A stretch of DNA of 64,000 nt, taken from the NCBI GenBank assembly GCA_964016885.1, contig OZ024741.1:212226001-212290000 (forward strand), given 5' to 3'. Position 1 is the stretch's first letter. Every line of letters starts with the position of its first letter. This DNA is from Eledone cirrhosa (Eukaryota). The notes below the pieces were generated by a model. The model saw only the letters and a list, made by a program, of their open reading frames with translations. It was not told the origin of the DNA and searched no databases. Positions 26,678-44,559 of the stretch are shown one piece after another. Both the position numbers and the translations under genes were made by a program.

Positions 26678-27182
26678 ATGGAAAAGAATGAAACGAAATT
26701 TCATTTCTTAGCCGTACTAAGATTGAGAAATGAAATCTCGTTTCATTCTTTTCCATTTATCGTCTTCGGTGGGCCCGGCCGACTAACCCACTCGATATGC
26801 AAATTAGGCTGCTCATCCGTTAATATGCATAAGGAAAGTATATACTTTCAGACGTTCAATCATCTGACAGAAAGGTATACGATGCTGATGATAGCTAATA
26901 AGCTTGAAACTAGTACATCGTTCCTGTGTCAGTGTTGATCAAACGGGCGACGATGGTTGCCGAGCACTGTACGGCTTAATTCGGGCTGTTTGTTTACAAA
27001 CAAACCGAACATTGCAATAAATGTTCCTTAAACCCATACTTACATATATATATATGTGTGCATGTATGTATATACATACTACTGTACGTCTGTACACATA
27101 TATGTATGTACGTATAAATACTTATATTTAGGTATCAGCCGACTAAGAGCGAGAAATGAAATTTCGTTTCATTCTTTTCCAT
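26678..27182 (+). mobile_element. Hammerhead-bearing non-coding repeat (retrozyme-like): one unit with ~45-bp terminal redundancy and a short 5' inversion; HHR 26880-26920
   Basis: CGATG-CTGATGA-TAGC/GCTT-GAAA-CTAG-TA-CATCG; ends in (TA)n. Confidence 0.85.
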
Positions 27183-27528
27183 ATATATATATATATATTT
27201 TCATGCAACTCAGAGAAACATGTATTCAATAATTCAGCAAGCACAGGTTTGATATATATTTGACTTTACTGTATCAGTAACTCCCCAGTTGAATCTCAAT
27301 ATATCAAACATACGACTGAAAATATGTTAAAATTTCAATCATATTTGATATTCATCATAATATCTCGAATATTTCCCAAGGCCTCTTTTCAGTTTTCTTC
27401 CTAACAACATTCTATCTTCACAATGCGTTAGAATAATATATTACAGGACTGGGACATATTCAGTTTCTTTAACAACCTTTAACAGAATTGTTTGTTGAAT
27501 ATATCTATCTATATATATATATATATAT

Positions 27529-28665
27529 AAACGGAAAAAATGAAACGAAATATCATTTCTCACTCTTAGTACGGCTGTTACTTAAACATAAGTATGTATA
27601 CGTACATACATATATGTATACAGACGTACAGTAGTATGTATATATATATATACATACATGCACACATATATATATGTACGTATCGATTCACCGAACATTT
27701 ATTATAATGCTCTGTGTGTTTGTAAACAAACATCCCGAATGAAGCCGTACAGTGTCTAGCAACCATCGTTGCTCATTTGTTCAACACTGACAAAGGAACG
27801 CTGTACTAGTTTCACGCTTATTAGCTATCGTCAGCAACGTATACCTTCCTGCCAGATGATTGAAAGGTGCGCCCGGCCGATTATCTCACTCGATATGCAA
27901 ATTAGGCTGCTCAGCCGTTGATATGCATAGGGAAAGTATATACTTTTAGACGTTCAATCATCTGGCAGGAAGGTATACGTTGCTGACGATAGCTAATAAG
28001 CTTGAAACTAGTACAGCGTTCCTTTGTCAGTGTTGAACAAATGAGCAACGATGGTTGCTAGACACTGTACGGCTTAATTCGGGATGTTTATTTACAAACA
28101 CACCGAGCATTATAATAAATGTTCGGTGAATCCATACGTACATATATATATATATGTGTGCATGTATGTATATATATATATATACATACTACTGTACGTC
28201 TGTATACATATATGTAAGTACGTATACATACTTACATTTAAGTAACAGCCGTACTAAGAGTGAGAAATGAAATTTCATTTCATTTTTTCCGTTTATCATT
28301 TTCGGTGCGCCCGGCCGATTAACTCACTCGATATGCAAATTAGGCTGCTCAGCCGTTAATATGCATAAGGAAAGTATATACTTTCAGACGTTCAATCTCT
28401 GGCAGGAAGGTATACGTTGCTGACGATAGCTAATAAGCTTGAAACTAGTATAGCGTTCCGTTGTCGGTGTTGAACAAATGAGCAACGATGGTTGCTAGAC
28501 ACTGTACGGCTTAATTCGGGATGTTTGTTTACAAACACACCGAGCATCATAATAAATGTTCGGTGAATCCATACGTACATATATATATGTGTGCATGTAT
28601 GTATATATATATACATACTACTGTACGTCTGTATACATATATGTATGTACGTATACATACTTATG
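27529..28665 (+). mobile_element. Retrozyme-like array: inverted partial unit (27529-27865) plus ~1.8 tandem 438-bp units; HHRs 27799-27839 (-), 27978-28018, 28415-28455
   Basis: GGTGCGCCCGGCCG recurs at 27866 and 28304; each unit has one HHR. Confidence 0.88.
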
Positions 28666-28696
28666 TTTATATATATATTTATATATATATATATAT

Positions 28697-29170
28697 AGAA
28701 GGAGTGAATAATAACATGGTCAACAGTACAACAAAGGGTTTTATTTACAGTCTTAACAATTGATTCACTGATTAAGTTGTCTAAAAATTGCTGAACACTT
28801 GAAGCTGTGCCATTTAATTTCAAATAAGTTGTTAACTTAACCAAATGATTAGTAGAGTGTAAGCATCATGTTTAATATAAAAATGGCTTCTACATGACTA
28901 GAACTGTTTCATTCAAAAACTCACCAGGAGAGCCGGCTGTTCATCTAAAACAGTTGTACTTACATGTGTCTGAATCTTTGTATTATTGTGTATATGTCTA
29001 AAAATAGTCTTTTCATTGAACCCCTATTCTTTAACATCCCTAACATCACGACCTTTCCAAACCACCAAAAAAAACATAAATACACCAGTTTTTCAGGGAT
29101 TGTCGCCTTTCCTGATGATTTGTTTTGAATGAAACTGTTCTAGCCCCGTAAAAGCAATTTCTGTATTAAA
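28697..29170. mobile_element. Two opposed degenerate PLE terminal repeats with decayed HHRs (~28885-28935 minus, ~29104-29157 plus)
   Basis: Same GAATGAAAC(A/T)GTTCTAG motif as the intact HHR at 35499-35547. Confidence 0.55.
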
Positions 29171-29264
29171 CATATATATATATACATATACATATATATA
29201 TATGTGTGTTTGTGTGTGTGATTAAAGCCCTTGTTGTATAGCAAACCGTGTCACTGTTCTTTCT

Positions 29265-29348
<84 letters not shown>

Positions 29349-29380
29349 ATATATATATATAAATATATTTATATATAAAA

Positions 29381-29851
29381 CTACGAACTGGGTCCTCCTG
29401 CCCGTGCCATAACACCCCGGTGGGCACGCAGTATGAAGAAACATCTGTGAACCAAATGTACACCGCAGACCATACTCGAACAAACATTAGTGAAGCAACA
29501 TCCACTAAATAATAAATGGACACTCCAGACCCGACCTGTACTGGCACTAGTGAAGCAACAACATAACATAAAGATGCTAAACACCAGCATATGAACAGGC
29601 ATTAAAATCCACATGGGACTGATTGTTTGAACACCGGCCAGAGTTACTCCCCCTGCTCTGTGATAATAAAAACACATGCACGGAGAGGAAACGGAATGAT
29701 GATGTTAATTTAACCGTAAATTCCCTCCTGGGTCCTATCTTGCAATTATTTTGCTTTCCATGCCCTTGTAAGCCCGATAAGGGCGAAACGTACGTAGGTG
29801 CACAATTATATAAACATGTTTTAACGGTTTTAAACTCTTTGTATTCATTTC

Positions 29852-29855
<4 letters not shown>
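29381..29855 (+). mobile_element. PLE-type 3' UTR with degenerate HHR (29761-29801)
   Basis: GCCC-GATAA-GGGC-GAAA-CGTACG-TA; core reads TTGTAA; ends in (TA)n. Confidence 0.5.
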
Positions 29856-29898
<43 letters not shown>

Positions 29899-29906
29899 TA
29901 TGTATG

Positions 29907-29982
<76 letters not shown>

Positions 29983-30055
29983 TATGTATGATTTTGTAAA
30001 CCCATATACATTTAGTTGAGCTCTTTCAATTATATATATATATATATATATATAT

Positions 30056-33925
<3,870 letters not shown>

Positions 33926-33929
<4 letters not shown>

Positions 33930-34045
33930 TAAAACAAAATGAAAACGAAATTTCATTTCTCACTCTTAGTATGGCACTTACTTAAATGTAAGTATGCATG
34001 TATACGTACATACATATATGTATACAGACGTACAGTAGCATGCAC

Positions 34046-34080
<35 letters not shown>

Positions 34081-34488
34081 TATACATATGCATACAGGTA
34101 CACATACATATATGCACGTATCAGTTTAGCGGCGCTAACGTCGCTTTGTTCGTTTGTAAACAAACTGAACAGCCTGAATTTATGCCATACGGTGTTAAGG
34201 CAACCACGTCACCTTTTTGTTCAACACTGACACAGGAACGATGTACTAGTTTCAAGCTTGTTAGCTATCATCAGCACCGTTTACCCATCTGCCAGATAGT
34301 TGAACGTTCGAAAGTATATACTTTCCTTATGAAAATTAACGGCTGAGCAGCCTAAGGTGACGTGGTTGCCTTAACACCGTATGGCATAAACTCAGGCTGT
34401 TCAGTTTGTTTACAAACGAACAAAGCGACGTTAGCGCCGCTAAACTGATACGTGCATATATGTATGTGTACCTGTATGCATATGTATA

Positions 34489-34523
<35 letters not shown>

Positions 34524-34964
34524 GTGCATGCTACTGTACGTCTGTATACATATATGTATGTACGTATACATGCATACTTACATTTAAGTAAGTGCCATAC
34601 TAAGAGTGAGAAATGAAATTTCGTTTTCATTTTGTTTTAATTTATCGTTTTCGGTATGCCTAACCGATTTAACTCACTCAATATGCAAATTAGGCTGCTC
34701 AGCCGTTAATTTTCATAAGGAAAGTATATACTTTCGAACGTTCAACTATCTGGCAGATGGGTAAACGGTGCTGATGATAGCTAACAAGCTTGAAACTAGT
34801 ACATCGTTCCTGTGTCAGTGTTGAACAAAAAGGTGACGTGGTTGCCTTAACACCGTATGGCATAAATTCAGGCTGTTCAGTTTGTTTACAAACGAACAAA
34901 GCGACGTTAGCGCCGCTAAACTGATACGTGCATATATGTATGTGTACCTGTATGCATATGTATA

Positions 34965-34999
<35 letters not shown>

Positions 35000-35056
35000 G
35001 TGCATGCTACTGTACGTCTGTATACATATATGTATGTACGTATACATGCATACTTA
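33926..35056 (+). mobile_element. Retrozyme-like array, second subfamily: inverted unit (33926-34353) plus ~1.5 tandem units; HHRs 34239-34279 (-), 34766-34806 (+)
   Basis: Clear homology to the 26.7-28.7 kb units; CGGTG-CTGATGA-TAGC/GCTT-GAAA-CTAG-TA-CATCG. Confidence 0.87.
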
Positions 35057-35301
35057 TATATATATATATATATATATATAAAGGAAATGAATATATATAT
35101 ATATATATATATTTCCCGTTGCTCCTTCTACCTGGAGTTGCGACCGATAGATAGTATTAGCAATTAGAAAGACCAATGGAAACATTGTTTCCTCGGTCCG
35201 ATTTGTCGAAAGTCGATCGTTCCTATATATATATATATATATTGAACGTAATAAACCTTTATTTGTCTGACTCTCTGTTTTTGTTCCGGTTCAAATTGTC
35301 A

Positions 35302-35362
<61 letters not shown>

Positions 35363-35436
35363 CGTTATTCCGGGTTGAATCGGAGGTAACCACAGTAAGT
35401 AAGGTACTCAATACATAGCAGAGTATAACAGTTTTA

Positions 35437-35552
35437 ATATAGATGAGATTCTACAGGACTAGAACTGTTTCATTCATTAGAAATCATCAGGAATCAGAGA
35501 TTCCTGATGATTTCTAATGAATGAAACAGTTCTAGTCCTGTAGAATCTCATC

Positions 35553-35557
<5 letters not shown>
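35437..35557. ncRNA. Perfect palindrome (59-bp arms, 3-nt spacer) of two hammerheads (35447-35495 minus, 35499-35547 plus)
   Basis: GATTC-CTGATGA-TTTC/GAAT-GAAA-CAG..CTG-TA-GAATC. Confidence 0.85.
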
Positions 35558-35612
<55 letters not shown>

Positions 35613-35992
35613 AATTAATAAAAACAATGAATAAAAACAAAGAACAAGTCCCTTATATTAAAAAATTCATCATTTTATGATCGTTTCTAGGATATATATG
35701 TGTGATGGTATGTAAAATATTACAAACTATCAGAGGAAATATACATACCTTCACATATATATGCTGTCTTCAGAAATAATGAGATTTGTTTATTGAAAAA
35801 AAAAACCATCAAAGATTTAATATAATAGGTCTGTTTGGGAACAGGTTTTGAATTGACCAATAGAAAAGTAGAAAGAGGTCAAGTTTATAGAATAGTAGTA
35901 GTAGAAATTTAATTTAGGGATAGAGGAGTGCAGACTTATGTTTTGAAAGGAAAGAATACTTTGAATTAAAAGATTACTTTGGGGATGAAATT

Positions 35993-36350
<358 letters not shown>

Positions 36351-36357
36351 ATATATA

Positions 36358-37719
36358 AAACAGTTGGAGGGTGGCATGAGTCCTTGTGAATGAAATTAAG
36401 GTTCTCGTTTAGCTTATGGAAGGGTCTGTGAGTGTGTGTGCGAAGGTCTAAATTAATGTCTAAGAAATCTACGCTTAAAAAGACTTAGCTTCTACCTTCA
36501 ATGAGTTAGGGCTTAGGATATCAGTAGCCACCAACCTCTCTAGCGTAGATTTCTTAGAGATTAATTTAGACCTTCGCACATACACCCACAGACCCTTCCA
36601 TAAGCTAAACGAGAAACTTAATTACATTCACAAGGACTCATGCCACCCTCCCACTGTTTTTAGAAACTTCGTTAAGAATATCAGTACTAGAATCTCAAAC
36701 GTCTCCTCTAATAAGGCTATCTTTGACAGGGCGGCACCCTACTATAACACGGCGTTGGCTAACAGCGGCTTCTCACAACCTATCACCTACTCTCCCACTA
36801 GCACCAACACTATTAAGAAAAGTAAGCGCATCAATAGACAAACTATCTGGTTCTATCCTCCCTTCTCACTCAACGTTAAAACCAATGTAGGAAAAACATG
36901 TCTAGCCCTCTTAGATATACACTTCCCCATAGGTCATAAATACCGCTCCATCTTTAACCGACACAAAGTTAAACAAGGATACTCCTGCACTAAGAACATA
37001 AAGGCCCACATCACCAGCAGCCCTAGGAGCAACACCCTACCAGGGTGCTCTTGCCGTAAGACTGAAGCTTGCCCTCTTCAACAGCAATGCAACACACCAG
37101 CTGTAATCTATGAAGCTGTGGTCACTTCCAACCGACCAAACGAACTATAGGAGGTCAAATCCTATGTGGGCATGGCGGAGGGCCGATTCGAGGAGCGTTT
37201 CCTGAACCACCAGTCTACCTTCAGATGCCCGGACAGACGTTCATCCACGAAACTCGCGAGTCACGTATGGTCTCTCAAGGACCCAAGTATAGGCTACTCC
37301 ATTCAATGGAAAGCCATCACTAAGTCCAAGCTATACGCAAGGGGAAATCCGACGTGTGGCTTATGTATTGACGAACGAATAACTATCCTAAAGAGATTAC
37401 GCATTAGTGATTGCCTAAACACGAGTAGTGAATTTTTCACACGTTGTCCACACGTCACCAAACATCTATTGCATAACTACAAGGCTCCGGACTGATTCTT
37501 TGTAATTTTATTTTTTAATTTTTTAATTTTATTTTCAACCTAAAAACTTTCCGGACTTTCGCAGTTATCTCCCTTACACCTCCCGCACGCAGTCTAGTAT
37601 TGCCTGTGTGAAGTGACGGTTGTCCTTCCTGTTCCTATAACCATACACATCCCGAGCTGAAGATCCGCGAAGGTGAAACAATTGTTCTCGGTATGGTGAA
37701 CTAACTGTTGTGTAACCAC

Positions 37720-37722
<3 letters not shown>
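36358..37722 (+). mobile_element. 5'-truncated Hydra-type PLE (RT C-terminus, thumb, GIY-YIG to 37495), 5' inversion 36358-36475, HHR 37652-37691
   Basis: VDFLEINLDL..RPFHK, SCHPP, IWFYPPFSLNVKTNVGK, CSCRKTEACPL, VIY..YVG, CGLC. Confidence 0.9.
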
Positions 37723-37767
<45 letters not shown>

Positions 37768-38734
37768 TTTATATGCTTGCAGATATAAACAGGATAAGAC
37801 TCTTGACAAATCCTTTCGAAGAGTATTCTTCTAAAACATTCAGCACATTTACCCCTTCCCACTCCATTTTTTGTTTTACATTCGTATTCAACGAGTGTAG
37901 ATGATAATAAAGAAAAAAACATTTTGACAGATTTTATCGTTCATGTATGTGTCAGGCGGACAAAAAGGTTGTGCAGTTATTATTATACGCATTTCAGCAT
38001 AAATAACGATGAGGAATTTATCTCTAACCAATAACAACACAAAACAAACCTGTCTTTTCCTTTGCGGCTGTAGTTCTTATGTAAGATCTTTTTCAATTCT
38101 GATGTTTGATAGGCCAACGTTGTTTATTCAAACAGTTTGTACCATCACACTCTTTTAGAAATATATATCCTTTGCAACGATTCTTATTCAAATATTTCTA
38201 ATCTGGCATATTTTATAGTGTTGATTCTGATGGATTATTTTTAATGTTTGATGTAAATTCATTCGTTGTTGATGCTGTTGTTGTTATTGTTGGTGTATAA
38301 CAATTGAATACCAATCGATGATGGAATATTGATAGGGAATATCAAGTGTTAGGCATTACAAAAAATAATGGTGAATATAAAACTATTAGATGTTATATTG
38401 GGTATTAGAATCGATATATTACAGTTGAAACAAAACGTCTGTATTGGCAAATTAAATTGTGAATTCAAAAGGTTCTGATGCCAACAAATATAAAAGGAAT
38501 AAACGGAAAACAAATATAATAGAAATAAAAACAAAACAAATATTAAATGAAAAATGTCGATTCTTTACTCCCCTGGCGTCCAGTTTCCTTTTTCTAATTC
38601 TCAGCAAACCTTTACGTAATATAATTTAATTGCTTCCATAATGCATATTAAAGTGTATAATTGTATAGTTACTATGGTTATGTATATATGTATAGTTATC
38701 GAAATGTAATTGTTTACAAATGTAGAAGAAGCAT

Positions 38735-40676
38735 TATATGTAAACATGTAGAGATGTAACTATGTCAAGCCACATGTATAAACATCTCGTTAAAATGGTT
38801 ATGTCACCATGTAGCAACATTTTGTTGCAATGACTATGTAAACATGTAGAATTGTAGCTACAAATGTAGGTGTGTTATGTAAACATGTAAAAACATTTTG
38901 TTACAATGACTATGTAAACATGTAGAATTGTAGCTACAAATGTAGGTGTATTCTGTAAACATGTAGAAACATTTTGTTACAATGACTATGTAAACATGTA
39001 GCATTGTCGCTACAAATGTAGGTATGTAGACATGTAGAAATATTTTGTTACAATGGCTATGTAAACTTGTAGAATTGTAGCTACAAACTTAGGTATGTAG
39101 ACATGTAGAAACATTTTGTTACAATGACTATGTAAACATGTATAATTGTAGCTAAAAATGTAGGTATGTTATGTAAACATGTAGAAACATTTTGTTACCA
39201 TGGCTATCTAAACATGTAGAAATATAGCTATATTGCGTTACCATGTAAAAGCATCTCGGTAGAATGGTTATGTAAACATGTAGAAATGTAGAGTTATTTG
39301 TGACTAAGGCAACATGTAGAGATGTTTCATTAAGACTGTGGAAATGTAGATCTGTAGAGCTACTAAGTAACGTTAACATGTAGAAATGTTGAGTTGCTAT
39401 GCTATATAAACATGTGGAAATGTAGTGTTACTACGCTATATAAACATGTAGAAATGTAGTGTTCATATAGGTAAACGTGTAGAAATGTGTTACTATCAAT
39501 GTGTAGGTAATTGTTGAATTACTATACCATGTAGAAACAGTGTAAAGTTAGGTAAACATGTATAATTATAGAGTTACTCTGCTATGTATACATGTAGAAA
39601 CGTAGTGTTACTATTGCTGTGTAAACATGTAGAAACATAGTGTTATTATTGCCGTGTAAACATGTAGTAACATATTGTTACTATCGCCGTGTAAACATGT
39701 AGAAGCAGTGTTACTATTACTGTATAAACATGTAGGAACGTAGTGTTACTATCACTATGTAAACATGTAGAAACATAGTGTTACTATCGCTGTGTAAACA
39801 TGTAGTAACAGTGTTACTGTCGCTGTGTAAACATGTAGTAACAGTGTGTTACTATCATTGTGTAAACATGTAGTAACAGTGTGTTACTATCACTGTGTAA
39901 ACATGTAGAAACACAGTGTTACTATCACTGTGTAAACATGTATAATTATAGAGTTACTATGCTATGTAAACAGGTAGAAATGTGTTGTTATGTAAACATG
40001 TAAAATTGTAGAGGTGCAATGCTATGTGACCATGTACAAATGTATAATCATTATACCATTTAAACATGTAGAAGTAGAGTCATTATACTATGCAACATGT
40101 AGAAATGCAGTTGTCCTCTGTTACATAAACATGTAGATGTGTAGAGTCACCTGACTATGTAACATGTAGAAACGCAGAGTTGCTATCCTATGTAGACATG
40201 TAGAAGTGTAGAGTCGCAAGACTATGTAACATGTAGAAACGCAGAGTTACTATGTTATGTAAACATGTAGAAGTGAAGAGTCAATAGTCTATGTAACATG
40301 TAGTAACATGCTATGTTATGAAAATACTTCGAAGTGTAGGGTTGCTATGTTATGCTAACATGCTGAAGAATAGAGTTATAAGACTATGTAACAGGTAGAA
40401 GTGTAGAGTCACTAGACTATGTAATATGTGACATGTAGTGTCACTAGACTATGTAACATGTAGAAGTGTAGAGTTACTAGACTATGTAACATGTGACATG
40501 TAGAGTCACTAGACTATGTAACATGTGACGTAGAATCACTAGACTATGTAACATGTGACATGTACAGTTACCATGTTATGTAATACAAGTTTAGAGTTAC
40601 TAGACTATGTAACATGTGACATGTACAGTTATCATGTTATGTAATACAAGTTTAGAGTTACTAGACTATGTAAACA
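38735..40676. repeat. Degenerate ~30-33-bp-based minisatellite built on TGTAAACATGTAG
   Basis: The motif recurs throughout; unit type changes along the array. Confidence 0.9.
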
Positions 40677-41019
40677 AACCCATAAATAAAGACTTTACTC
40701 AATGCCTTTTATTTTATAATTTGGTTACAAAACAGTATTTCTTTCTTATGTTTGGGTTTCCTCGCTTTACGAATAATTTTATATTTTTCTCTAATGTTTT
40801 CCGTACCGCATTTGCTATGAAATGAGAGATAACCATTCCCCGATGGTATCGATTATATAATTAACATAAACAAATTAAATTTAGGAAGAATAAAAACACA
40901 ATAGTATATTAGATAATCTAACATGGTAGGAAATTATAGTTTACTTTGCTCGACGCTTCAATTATTGTTATGTTTCTTGACAGGACTGGGACTCCCCTCG
41001 TTAGAATACCAAATAAACT

Positions 41020-42215
41020 TACGATGAGATATAGCTTCATAAGGAGACAGTTACAGATATTTAGGTGTTAACTGTAACAACAACTCTGGGGCCTGTAAAG
41101 CTATGTGATACACACTCATAGGCGGTCAACTAAATTACTTAGGTATGAACTGTACCAAAAACAACACTAGAAGCCGCTAAACCTATGTGATACAAGCTCA
41201 TAAGAGTGATGACTAAATCTACATAGCTCTAAGCTCTAACAACAACACTGGGGTCCGTACTCATATATGATACAAGCTCATAAGAGTGCCAGCTAAACTT
41301 ACATAGCTCTGAGCTGTAACAACAACAATACCGTGGCTGGTAAACCTATGTGATACAGCCTCATAGGAGTTCCAGCTAAACCTATAAAGCTCTGAGATAT
41401 AGCAGCAACGTGAGCACTGGGGTACCTACTCTTATGTCGAACATTTCATAAGAGACCAGCTAAATCTACATAGCTCTGAGCTCTAACATCAACACTGGGA
41501 TCCCTACACATATGTGGTACAACCTCATAAGAGACCAACTAAACCTACATAGGTCTGAACTCTAACATCAACAATGGGGTACCTACACATATATGGTACA
41601 ACCTCATAAGTGACCAGCTAACTACATAGCTCTGAGCTGTAGCAACAATACTGGGATCCCTACACATATGTGATACAAGCTCATAAGTGACCAGCTAACT
41701 ACATAGCTCTGAGCTGTAGCAACAATACTGGGATCCCTACACATATGTGATACAACCTCATAAGTGACCAGCTAACTACATAGCTCTGAGCTGTAGCAAC
41801 AATACTGGGATCCCTACACATATGTGATACAACCTCATAAGTGACCAGCTAACTACATAGCTCTGAGCTGTAGCAACAATACTGGGATCCCTACACATAT
41901 GTGATACAACCTCATAAGTGACCAGCTAACTACATAGCTCTGAGCTGTAGGAACAACAACATTCTGGCTCCCGAACCTATCTGATACGACCTCATTTAAT
42001 GTCAACTAAACCTACAGAGGTGAGGATTAAAACAACAGCATGATAGCGTTTGGATACCTATCATTAAAAGACTGTAGAAACGTATGATAGACAACCTAAT
42101 AGGATATCAGTCAAATCTGCATAGGTGTGAGCTGTAATAACATGACATGAGGGTGAGTCCGCATAATTAAAACAGCAGAGAATACTCCTACAATATACAA
42201 CCTCATAGGAGGCCA
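41020..42215. repeat. ~77-80-bp tandem repeat, homogeneous core 41600-41950
   Basis: GAGCTGTAGCAACAATACTGGGATCCC recurs at 41634, 41711, 41788, 41865 (period 77); flanking units are diverged. Confidence 0.92.
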
Positions 42216-42646
42216 TCTAAAGCTGTTTCATTGAATAGGTCATTTGACGATCGTTGCATCTTGTACAAAGTGTCATTTATGATAGACTCTCCTCGATACT
42301 GAGCTGCTATATCTAGCAATTCAGGTGACTAGGTAAAGGCACACATCCATTGCTCTAGATTAGGTTGGTGTTAGATACAGCAGATGCTAGCATTATTGAG
42401 TAGTTCATGAGCTTGACTCATAATCAACAGGTCACAGATTCGATCCCAGTACGAGACACCTTTGACAGGCGAGATAATGTTGGTTCAAGATGTTTTAATC
42501 TTTCAACTGGTATTCGAGATTATTTTCATAGCATTGTCGGTTGATGAAAGATTAAGACATTTTCAAACAGCGCTATCTGGTATTCTCGAATGTACTGATA
42601 ACTGTGAGAAATTTAGAAATATAAACACACACATACACATATGTAT

Positions 42647-42705
<59 letters not shown>

Positions 42706-43048
42706 TATATATACATACATACACACATACACACACACACACACGCACACGCACACACACACGCGCGCGCGCGCGCACACACACACACACACACGCACAC
42801 ACACACACACACACTCACACACACACACACACATATATATAAGGAAAAGAAATAGAAATGCAACTTACGCGAGACAAATCACAAATTCTCCATCTCAATT
42901 CTACATTTGAAAAGCATAAGAACTGTAAAACCGGTAAAGGAGATAAATAAATATTCTTAAAAAGACTCCAGTTGCATTTTCGATTTCCTTTCTATATACT
43001 TTCAACGTGTAGGACATCTCTTTTTTTTTATTAAAATTACCTCATTTT

Positions 43049-43082
<34 letters not shown>

Positions 43083-43086
<4 letters not shown>

Positions 43087-43919
43087 TTATACTTTGGGAG
43101 GGTCATGTTGCCAATAAGAAACACACGCACCAGTTGCTTTCACTTCAATTTATTATATATTTATAAATTTATAAATTTACAAATCTACAAACTTATAAAT
43201 TTCTGGTTGGTTGGTTGGTTCCATAACCAGATAGTTGTTTATATATAGTCATAGTCCTTTCGTCACACACTCTGTGACCTCTTCAGTGACTGGGGATTCC
43301 TCTCTTTGTTTCTGTGCCTTTCCTTTCTTCTATCCTACGCCATTTTGTTTCTGTGTGTGTGTTGTGTGCTCAGTTTGCGCATGCGCCACATCCGGGTGTC
43401 TGTGTGTGTTTGTGTTCATTTATCTATTTGTTTATTTATTTATTTATTTATTGTTGGTTGGTTGTTTGTTCTATGTGTGTGTGTGTTTTCATTTTGTCCT
43501 GTGTGTGTTTTCATTTTGTCCTTAATTGTAAGTTGTGATGTTGCTGTTCCACTCATATTTTCTATTTAATTTTGGTTTTAATTCTTTTATGCTTACTGCC
43601 TCTGTAATTTGCCTAAACATTGCGTCTTTTCTGTGTGTGGATTCTATTTTTATTTCTATGTTCTCTAATCTACCCCTGTGTTCTATCTTAGCATGTTGGT
43701 AGAGCACAGATGATTCTTTATTATCTTGGAACCAACCAACCAGAAATTTATTAGTTTGTAGATTTGTAAATTTATAAATTTATAAATATATAATAAATTG
43801 AAGTGAAAGCAACTGGTGCGTGTGTTTCTTATTGGCAACATGACCCCCCCAAAGTATAACAATATCGGTTTCAACACACGATTTCAGATAAAAAATCTTG
43901 CTAAACAAATTCAGAAACG

Positions 43920-43922
<3 letters not shown>
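43083..43922 (-). mobile_element. Second copy of the Nematis-like PLE (EN C-terminus 43522-43728, HHR 43247-43291) with inverted terminal copy 43729-43922
   Basis: High identity to 30115-30735. Confidence 0.87.
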
Positions 43923-43978
<56 letters not shown>

Positions 43979-44245
43979 TAACAGATTAAAGATTAAGCAA
44001 AGAATCGATCCAAATTATGACGCTGCCTTCCTTCGGTTGCAACGTTTTTTGAAATATTTAATTCTGCGTTCACAGATTGATTTTTTTAGTTTCAGAAGAT
44101 CCCGTTAAAGGGGAAAGCAGCGATTCTTTGCTTAAACTTGAATCTGTTATTTAATAAATATTTGCTCTACGGTTCTTATATATTTGATATATATTTATCC
44201 TTATCGAGCCCTCTTCGGATTTTAGTCTTCAAATTTATTATTATT

Positions 44246-44342
<97 letters not shown>

Positions 44343-44524
44343 ATATATAAATAGATATATATATAGGAAAACGGTCAGGACCCCGACGGCTTTGTTCCGG
44401 CCATTTCAAATGTAGGATCTTGCTGTCGAAACGACCGGAGCTCAGCCGTCGGGGTCTTGACACATTTCTTATTGAGTACTCTGTTGCGTTAAGGTCCAAC
44501 TGGGATCTTACCACACACTTATTG

Positions 44525-44559
<35 letters not shown>

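Noticed and set aside
33939-34899. Repeated ORFs MKTKFHFSLL... in the hammerhead repeat
   Set aside because: Antisense to the HHR, running through variable-length TA tracts, and the frame is not conserved between subfamilies.
37770-38600. Transposon-free segment with protein-like minus-strand stretches
   Set aside because: Multiple stops and no recognisable domain; cannot support an exon or pseudogene.
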